Source of the DNA: Octopus sinensis
Lineage: Eukaryota
NCBI RefSeq assembly: GCF_006345805.1
Contig: NC_043000.1
Location: 160,642,001 to 160,706,000 of the forward strand
DNA length: 64,000 nucleotides
Direction of reading: 5' to 3'
Shown here: piece by piece, positions 12,075 to 20,467 of the stretch
Position numbering within the stretch: position 1 is the first letter of the stretch
How the letters are laid out: each line of letters starts with the position of its first letter
Position numbers and translations under genes: made by a program
The notes under the pieces: generated by a model
Told to the model about the DNA's origin: nothing
The model's database searches: none
The model's input: only the letters and a program-made list of their open reading frames with translations

Positions 12075-12755
12075 TAGATGAATACATATATCATGTTTTA
12101 TGAATGCATACGCGTGTGTAAGTTTAAGGACATAATAACTACACAACAGCGAATATTTCCTTTATGCCATATAAATAGCCTTACAAAATTTGAAATCGAC
12201 AGGCTCTTACAGTGATGAAAATAGAAAACAAAATCAGAAAACATATTCATTCCACAATGATTACGAGAGTTTTGAATCTTTTTCTTATTCATATAATGCA
12301 ACGTAGCACGTAAACATCAAAGGAAATGACATTAGAATCGTATATTTCATACGATTTGGCAGTCATGAGAAAAATTTATCTTATATATAAATATTTATGT
12401 AAGGAAAACTCCAGGGTGAAAGATTTTCTTTCTTTAACGCAGGAATAATATTACAATAACTATTCTTCAAGATTTCAACAATTTCATCATGAAGAGATTA
12501 TTTGGAGTAGTTTCGGCTTCTGTTGATATGCTTCATTTTTGCTGTATGTTTATATGATATACAAATACATGCACAAACATTATACAGACGTATGTAAATA
12601 CGTATGTATGCGTGTATATGGGTATATGAGAGTGTATAGGTGTTTATATGTGTGTGCGTGCGTGTGTGTATGTGTGTAACAACAATTTTGCTTTAGCAGA
12701 TGGCAAACAGTTGCAAGGCCAGAGTTACTTCAGGTAGTACACAAAATTACTGATG

Positions 12756-12945
12756 CCACCACCCACCATCACCACCATCACCACCTTCACCACCACCACC
12801 ACTTTAAACACTACCAAAACCACCACCACCACCTATGCCACCAGCACTATTACTGCTACTATTTCAAATCCTCCAAACGCCTCCACTACTACTACTGCTA
12901 CTACTACTAGTGCTGCTGCTGCTGCTGCCACTACTACTATCATGA
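12756..12945. repeat. imperfect (ACC)/(ACT)/(GCT) trinucleotide tract
   Basis: Direct; accounts for the Thr/Ala-rich ORF 12753-12968. Confidence 0.85.
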
Positions 12946-14082
12946 TGGTGAATGGCAATTATCAATAGAAACCTATGGAAGAAATACTTTCAGTGACGAC
13001 GTGTAATTGAGCCAGTAGAGGAGACTTTCCGTCATGGCTGAAAGTGCTGAAGTGAATGTCGCAGTTAAATCACTCTTAAATTATTCTGTACAGTCTTAAA
13101 ATAGACAGGACACATATTAGTAAATGCAATCCTACGCGTCTCAAAAGTAAAAGACAGACAGAATGTTCGTAGCTGGGAGACATCACAACTTTGTCTATTC
13201 GATCATGGCTAATCTGGGTCTATATAACAATGACATTATTCAAACAAACTCTACAAATACAACTGTTATTACAATATTTAAATTTTGTCAGCAGCAACAG
13301 CTGTATCACCATTACCGACGAGTATGTTCTTGAAAACAACAATACAACGTTAAATTTAGAGTTTATTGGAAATGTCAGGGATGACATAGGCCTATAACAT
13401 TTTGGTTGTAGGATTGGCCAAGCGATTTCCTAATCGAAAGAATGAGGTCAGGAATGTTAAATGTGTGTATAACAAGCCGAGCTGGTGCCGTTCATAGTCT
13501 GCAGGAGACAAAGAGTCGACTTTTAGCTTGTTTTAGGAAGTGAAGTGTAAAGGAAATCTCATTCATTTTAAATATCCCTCTATTGTTCATGGACAAATAT
13601 TTATCTGTCATTACCATTTGCACACAGCTAATAGATATATCGAAATGCACGTATATATATATGAAGAATATAATAATTAATATGGCTGATAGATAAACTG
13701 ACAAACATATACAAAGATGCGTAAGAAATAACGAATCAGAGCTTCTACGAAGTTTCTAGCAGTTAATTGAAGATTAATATTTGAAAAATGAATAAAGCCA
13801 AATGATACCGAACAAAACGACAGATATCGAACTCTCGCTCTGTCGATCTCTCTGGACTTACATATCCAATTTTTCTTCGGTCTGTCTAATTTTCAGATTC
13901 ACTCTTGCTTTCACACATGCGGCGTGCACGCATACGCACGTAGATGCACACAATTACGCATATGCGCAACCATACACCAGCACATTAAAATACATGGATG
14001 CACACAGGCGGGCACAGACACATACATGCAAATATACACACACATGTATTAAACAAAGCAGTCGTACATAAATTTTTATATG

Positions 14083-15040
14083 TACGGAGTGCATTCCAAG
14101 CGATTTGAAAACTATTTAGGAGAGGTAATTATAAATGCCCTTATGTATCACTTCTATATTTCTAATAAGCTGATTGGCTAACTATTTTAGCAGATGCAGT
14201 TAGACGGCTGTAACAACACTTAGTAACACACCGCTCTAAAGACTCCTTGTCACCGCTGACTAGTTTTTAGAATGCAGTCGGGACGTCAAAACAATTTGGA
14301 AGCTCCCTATGCAATAAAGTGTTGGGCTAAACGGATAAAATCGTTACAGAAACGTATGAACTGTTCCACATATGGATTAACGTGCAAGACCGAGCATCTG
14401 TTCTTCGCTGGCACAAGATGTTCACGGACGGTGCAGAAGAAGTGAACGACAATGAATGGTCTGAGAGGGAGAAGGTAATCATAAAATCAAAATTGGTTTA
14501 GAAAATTCAATTTCCTGAATGAAAGCCCTCGTATGTCTACAAAGGCAGTAAGCGTACAGTTTGGAATTATTGTGGCAACTGAGCATAGAATTATTCATGA
14601 AGAGCTGAACATGCGCAAAATAAGTGCAAAGTTTGTTCACGCGCTTCTCCGTAACGAAGAGAAGGAAAGACGTGCTGGTTGAGGTCATTACCTCTGGTCC
14701 AAGCATACTTGAGTCTCTCATGACATTTACCAAAGCTAAATGTACTGTTAGGATCCAGAATCCAAGAAACAAAGTGCTCAATGATGTATCTTCGGGCCCC
14801 CAGCCACTAGAAGGCTTGGCAAAGCTCTTAACGATCTCTATTTTCTAGAGCAAGGGCATGATTCCCATCCACTGGATTCTGTCTGACCTGATACTCAGCA
14901 AAGTGTACTTTATGGAGAGTTCGAAAAGGTCAGAATTCTTCCAGTCGGGTCGGTGACACCTGCACCAAGATATTTCACCGATCTATCTTGCTAACGAACT
15001 ATTTGACAAAGATGGGAATCAAAACCAACTCCTTGGTGCA
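14083..15040 (+). mobile_element. decayed mariner, 3' end truncated by a P1 insertion
   Basis: ATG at 14272; YAIKC...RASVLRWHKMFTDGAEEVNDNE, HRIIHEELNMRKISAKFV, HLHQD, YLTKMGIK; many stops and frameshifts. Confidence 0.8.
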
Positions 15041-15045
15041 TATGT

Positions 15046-15290
15046 ACGTTTTAACGAAGTCGCGTTTTGTCCCAACGTTTGAAACGCGGAGTAGATAAAA
15101 CAGGGGACAACTTATGAAGGGATTGTTCTTTATGTTGCCTGTCTCGTTTCTCTATTTCTTTCTTTCGTTGTTCGAAAAGAGGTCGCTTTCCATGTTTATA
15201 TATTTTCTTATTTTCGTTTTGTTCACGTTTTTTACGTCTTGTAACCATAGATGCATGTATATATACATATATATGTAGCGATGTACATAT
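15046..15290 (+). mobile_element. Penelope-like terminal-repeat fragment, family P1 copy 2
   Basis: Shares AACGAAGTCGCG...GTAGATAAAACAGGG...TGAAGGGATT...GTTGCCTGTCTC with copy 3. Confidence 0.6.
15061..15122 (+). ncRNA. rearranged hammerhead-like motif, copy 2 (G5 changed to U)
   Basis: cgcGTT-ttgtccc, cgttt-GAAA-cgcg, gggacaa-CTTATGA-aggg; 7-bp stem I and 5-bp stem III are perfect. Confidence 0.6.
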
Positions 15291-15310
15291 ATGTATGTAT
15301 GTATATGTTC

Positions 15311-15343
<33 letters not shown>

Positions 15344-15407
15344 TACATACATACGTTTAAATATTTGTTGTGCAAGATTTTTTATGTGAAGTCGTGTGTT
15401 GAAACAG

Positions 15408-15965
15408 ATATTGTTATATTTCGGAATGGTCATATTGCCAGTTTAGCCAATAAAAACACACGCACTATATATTTGGTGTTATTTTGCTTCAGTGATATTT
15501 ATTTTTTACATTAATCTTAATCTTATTTCGGCCAAAGTTCTTTCGTCACACTCCTGTGACCGCATCAGTGGTCCTTTGTTTTCTTCTCTAATAGAACAAA
15601 AGCAACAACAACAAAAACAAAATACAAATTACAAGAATGTATATAACCAGAAGATACAAATATTACAGGCATCCCCCCACACACTAAATAAACATAGACG
15701 CACATAGAGATATAAGCATGCGCAAATGAAGACATACAATAGAAATGCAAAATGGCTGACGGTTAGTAAGAGAGACACAAGTAAGTGAGAAGAAAACAAA
15801 GGACCACTGATGCGGTCACAGAGTGTGACGAAAGAACTTTGGCCGAAATAAGATTAAGATTAATGTAAAAAATAAATATCACTGAAGCAAAATAACACCA
15901 AATATATAGTGCGTGTGTTTTTTATTGGCTAAACTGGCAATATGACCATTCCGAAATATAACAAT

Positions 15966-15967
<2 letters not shown>
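15408..15967. repeat. 181-bp inverted repeat (15408-15588 / 15787-15967) of a Penelope-like terminal repeat, family P2
   Basis: The arms are reverse complements, with two 1-nt indels that I could see; 198-bp spacer; a third copy lies at 50184-50590. Confidence 0.9.
15801..15844 (+). ncRNA. minimal type I hammerhead-like variant (core CUGAUGCG)
   Basis: ggacca-CTGATGCG-gtcac(agagt)gtgac-GAAA-gaac-TT-tggcc; mirrored at 15530-15574 (-) and repeated at 50423-50467. Confidence 0.45.
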
Positions 15968-16000
<33 letters not shown>

Positions 16001-16374
16001 CATATACATACACACACATATAATCAAACGCCACGCATCCATTTCTAATTAAGCTTTATCTTAATTCTGATGTGCACTCTACAACTATCTCTATTCTCCC
16101 TCTCTCTCTCTCTCTCTCTCCCTCACTTTTCCTTCTTGATTCTCTCGTTGCTCACGCGTGACAAGCTGCTATTTTCTTTCCTCTCTTTGCCTTACAAGCG
16201 ACACGACACACTTTTGCCTGTCTTCTCTCAAAGGTCGTTTCTCCAGCCTTCACCACTTCACTTCGTTATGGCTTAACAGCCGTTACCGTTTGTTTTTACT
16301 GCTTTGTTCTTTCTCTCCTGTTTTTGGTACCACTTTAACTCTCCACAAATTCCAAATTTTATTTAATTTACTTT

Positions 16375-16640
16375 GCAGGAACGACCGTTTTAACGAAGTC
16401 GCGTCTTGTCCCTACCTTCGACACGCTATGTAGATAAAACAGGGAACAACTGATGAAGGGATTATTCTTTACGTTGCCTGTCTCATTTCCCCAATTATTT
16501 CTCCGCTGTTCTAAAAATAGTTCGGTTTCCATGTTTTGTTATTTTATGCTCTTGTTTTTCATTTTCTTCACGTGTTTTTGTGGTTCTGTACCCATACATG
16601 CATGTATATATACATATATATGAAGGTATGTACATATATG
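16375..16640 (+). mobile_element. Penelope-like terminal-repeat fragment, family P1 copy 3
   Basis: Homologous to copies 1 and 2 through the shared GTACCCATACATGCATGTATATATAC tail. Confidence 0.6.
16400..16460 (+). ncRNA. rearranged hammerhead-like motif, copy 3 (A14 changed to C)
   Basis: cgcGTC-ttgtccct, ccttc-GACA-cgc, agggaacaa-CTGATGA-aggg. Confidence 0.6.
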
Positions 16641-16657
16641 CATATATATATATATAG

Positions 16658-16694
<37 letters not shown>

Positions 16695-16784
16695 ATATAT
16701 ATACATAGATACATGTATATTGTACATACGTATATAAATACATATATACATATATAATATAATACATACATGTATGTGTATATG

Positions 16785-16985
16785 TTGAATCGCTAGCTTC
16801 TGCACGCATTTTTTTCTCTCCTTGTTTCTCTCCGTGTTTCTTTTCTGTGTATCTTTTTGTTAAAGAGCGTAGGCTCGAAACGTAAAAGACTTGTTTTATT
16901 TATATTCCTGAGCGCCATACTAATACAATTGTTTGTTTGTACTCCACCTGCCTTCGTCTTTGTTTATTTTCATAAAGCTTCCCGT

Positions 16986-16990
<5 letters not shown>
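16785..16990 (+). mobile_element. Penelope-like terminal fragment (family P3) between (TA)n tracts
   Basis: Contains GAGC-gtag-GCTC-GAAACGTA-aaaga, a degenerate hammerhead-like remnant; flanked by TA-rich microsatellites. Confidence 0.4.
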
Positions 16991-17059
<69 letters not shown>

Positions 17060-17100
17060 AATATAACATTTGTAAACAAACGCGGAAAAGTTAAGAAATT

Positions 17101-17240
17101 TTGACGCCCATCACTGTGAAGTTAATTAAGAGGATGCTTGTCACTGAACACCCGGGGAACAAACTTTTCACGATTTTGTGCACGTTTAGATATTCACAAG
17201 TAAGTCTATGGATGTATGTCACACCAACGCCAAACTCATC
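17101..17240 (-). mobile_element. mariner-derived internal fragment
   Basis: Minus strand reads GVTYIHRLTCEYLNVHKIVKSLFP, similar to mariner HRIIHEEL.MRKI.A.FVP; homologous to 18897-19035. Confidence 0.55.
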
Positions 17241-17347
17241 ATTTTTTTAGTCATTTTTGTGGATTTATGAATTTTCGCTTCAGATCGGGAAAAGAAAATT
17301 ATTATGATATTTTATTGTACATATGTGTGTATATATATATATATATG

Positions 17348-17545
17348 CATTCTTTTATTCTTTTACTTGTTCCACTCATTTGACTGCAGCCATGCTGGAG
17401 CACTGCCTTTAGTCGAACTAATTGACCCCAGGACATATTCTTTGTAAACCAATTACTTATTCTGTACGCTACGTTACGGGGACGTAAACATACCGACATC
17501 TTCTGTCAAGCGATTGTGGGGGAACAATCACAGACACAGAAATAC
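17348..17545 (-). mobile_element. SINE family A, 3' half
   Basis: Reverse complement of the family A tail, followed by (CA)n/(TA)n. Confidence 0.85.
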
Positions 17546-17624
17546 ACACACACACACAGACACACACACAGAGACACACACACAAACACACACACACAAA
17601 CACGCACACACACAAACATACACA

Positions 17625-17686
<62 letters not shown>

Positions 17687-17689
17687 AAA

Positions 17690-17916
17690 GGCGGCGAGCT
17701 GGCAGAAACGTTAGCACGCCAGGCGAAATGCGTAGCCGTATTTCGTCTGCCGCTACGTTCTGAGTTCAAATTCCGCCGAGGTCGACTTTGCCTTTCATCC
17801 TTTCGGGGTCGATTAAATAAGTACCAGTTACGCACTGGGGTCGATGTAATCGACTTAATCCGTTTGTCTGTCCTTGTTTGTCCCCCCTGCGTTTAGCCCC
17901 TTGTGGGTAGTAAGAA
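17690..17916 (+). mobile_element. tRNA-like SINE family C
   Basis: GGCGGCGAGCTGGCAGAAACGTTAGCACGCC...GAGTTCAAATTCCGCCGAGGTCGACTTTGCCTTTCATCCTTTCGGGGTCGAT; repeated at 25219, 36769 and 46238. Confidence 0.92.
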
Positions 17917-17954
17917 CTGTCTGATGAACGGCAACGAGAAACTCAGAGTAACAG
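17917..17954 (+). ncRNA. minimal type I hammerhead ribozyme
   Basis: ctgt-CTGATGA-acggcaacga-GAAA-ct(cag)a-GTA-acag: 4-bp stem I, intact core, 3-bp stem III, GUA cleavage triplet; first stem II pair is A x A. Confidence 0.65.
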
Positions 17955-17986
17955 ATTTTGTTGAATTTTCTGCTGCTTAAAATAAA

Positions 17987-18022
<36 letters not shown>

Positions 18023-18061
18023 GTATGTATGTATGTGTGTGTGTGTGTGGTTATCTACTCC

Positions 18062-18400
18062 TTATGCATCGTTTGACCGCCTTCTGTACCTACAGCTTAG
18101 CTCCATCATGGCACCTGATGTGACTTTTTATATTAGTCAATGTTCTCAAAAATTCATCCACATAGATTACACCTCCGATTAGGACCAGCAAAAACTGCAG
18201 ATAAGTTCTGCTTTTTTCTGGATCTTAAAATGTCTTTTGAGGCCTCCGTTGGATTTACAAACCTTCTGGCATATACTGCATTCAAAGGTGTGCACAGACA
18301 TACAGGCAGAATAGTTGGTGGAGGTTCGTTTTCCATGCGCTCGTAGATGAGATCTTGAGCAAGCAAATGACAGGCATGGTCTGTCACACAAGAAAGTTAC
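18062..18400 (-). mobile_element. probable RTE-clade LINE 3' end with decayed C2H2 zinc fingers
   Basis: CDRPCLSFACSRSHLRAH, FECSICQKVCKSNGGLKRHFKI, and (after a frameshift) CNLCG...KSHIRCH; C..C.R.C.S..GL.SH tails are typical of RTE ORFs. Confidence 0.55.
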
Positions 18401-18896
18401 GTATATATGGGCATACGTACAAACCTTTATGTGGTAAGCAATCAGAAATAGCTAATACTGTCATTTGGCATAAATTTCAAGAATTTATTCTGGATAACAA
18501 ATATGATAATCTTTGATTTGCTGAAATTATCCTCTCTCCAATAGGATATGTAGATGCACATCACGGAAATTTTGACTTAAATATTAACAGGAAATAATGT
18601 CATGCAATCAGAAGCTCTTCTTATTTTCAGCGAAAAGGGAATCTAGAGCCCAACTTCTTCAAGAGTAGCTTTTATTGATTTCAAAGAAAACAATTCTCGT
18701 CCCTTTCATTATAGGATCATTTTACTCAATGCTCCTGCTGTATCTATCACTCCTGCCACTTAGCGAAGACCGCATGAAGCTCCAATACCCTTGTCACAGC
18801 CGCCTTCAACTTCAATACGACTACTTTTTTTACATGAGAAACAATTAATAATCAGATAGAGCAAGTTCTAGACAGTAGAGAGAGTTAAGAACAGTA

Positions 18897-19035
18897 TTGA
18901 TGCCCATCACTCTCAAGTTAATTAAAAGGATGCTTGTCATTGAGCCCCCTGACAACAAACAGGGCACAAATTTTGTGCACGTGCAGAGTTTCATGAGCAA
19001 TTCTGTGCTTTGTTGCCACACCAATTCTAAACACT
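18897..19035 (-). mobile_element. mariner-derived internal fragment
   Basis: IGVATKHRIAHETLHVHKICALFV; homologous to 17101-17240. Confidence 0.6.
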
Positions 19036-20056
19036 AATAAGCTTATATGTGAGGAATTTTAAGAATTTAATAATGTAAATGACACCCGAATTTTGTTAAG
19101 ATTGAAGGTAACCGTTGGTGCATTAAGCTGTAGCTACATTCTATAGAATATTTACACGTATGAAGCCATTGTTTATCTTAGTGGAAGGTCATCATTCTGC
19201 ATTAACATCCCAAATCAAAACAATGTGGACGAGTAATTACACACTATAGAGTAAATTATTCTATCCGTGAAGAGGCTACGATATGTACGGAAACTGAAAA
19301 TACCAGCAAATGAAATTGGAAGATGGTTTGCAGGAAGTAATATGGTGCCAACCTATTACCTATCCTTGTATTTTAGTAAATCTAGTAAGAGAACAACTGA
19401 GTCCCTCCACCAAAAAGTTGATGATGAGGTTTTGTGTTCATACATCAGCACATGCCGGATATACGAGCACAAATATAATTTCACACTCATCTGCTTCCCA
19501 CAGAGTTGAAATATCATCGGTAAAAGTTGATTGAATGAAATATGTTTTTATACACAGTATAATTACATACTTTCTTCATCAATTAAGAAAAACTCATTTT
19601 CGAGAGATCAAAGAAAATGTTTCGCATAGAAATCACAGTTTATATTTAGGAATGAACTCCGGCCAAAAAAATGGCAAAGCAATCTAAGCCGAGACAGTCC
19701 TTACGATCGTCACAAAATTACTGTAGAAGAACATTTTACTGTAGAAGAACAAGCTACTGGCATATTATGATCGAAGGTAACATAACTGCAAAATACTTAT
19801 ATTTTCTGCCTGACCTTTATAGAAATATGCAGTGCCCAAAACACCGATGATCAGCCACAAAGCACACATTATTTCACGCTTATGCTATCTGAGAATTACT
19901 TTATGGGTACCCATGTGTACGTGTGAAATACTCACATTAATTCATGGGCAGTAAACTGAGCCATCACTGTCGAGCGACGGGGATCCACCATGATTATCGC
20001 GATTATTAAATAGGGAATTATGACGGAATTTACACTTATAAATACATTATGAACAA

Positions 20057-20467
20057 GGCGCAGGAGTGGCTGTGTGGTAAGTAGCTTGCTTACCAACCAC
20101 ATGGTTCTGGGTTCAGTCCCACTGCGTGGCATCTTGGGCAGGTGTCTTCTGCTATAGCCCCGGGCCGACCAATGCCTTCTGAGTGGATTTGGTAGACAGA
20201 AACTGAAAGAAGCCTGTCGTATATATGTATATATATATATGTATGTGTGTGTGCGTTTGTGTGTCTGTGTTTGTCCCCCTAGCGTTGCCTGACAACCGAT
20301 GCTGGTGTGTTTACGTCCCCGTAAACTAGCGCTTCGGCAAAAGAGACCGATAGAATAAGTACTGGGCTTACAAAGAATAAGTTCCGGGGTCGATTTGCTC
20401 GACTAAAGGCAGTGCTCCAGCATGGCCGCAGTCAAATGACTGAAACAAGTAAGAGAGTAAAAGAGTA
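20057..20467 (+). mobile_element. SINE family A, complete
   Basis: tRNA-like head, internal (TA)n(TG)n, 3' body and AAGAGTA tail repeats. Confidence 0.95.
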
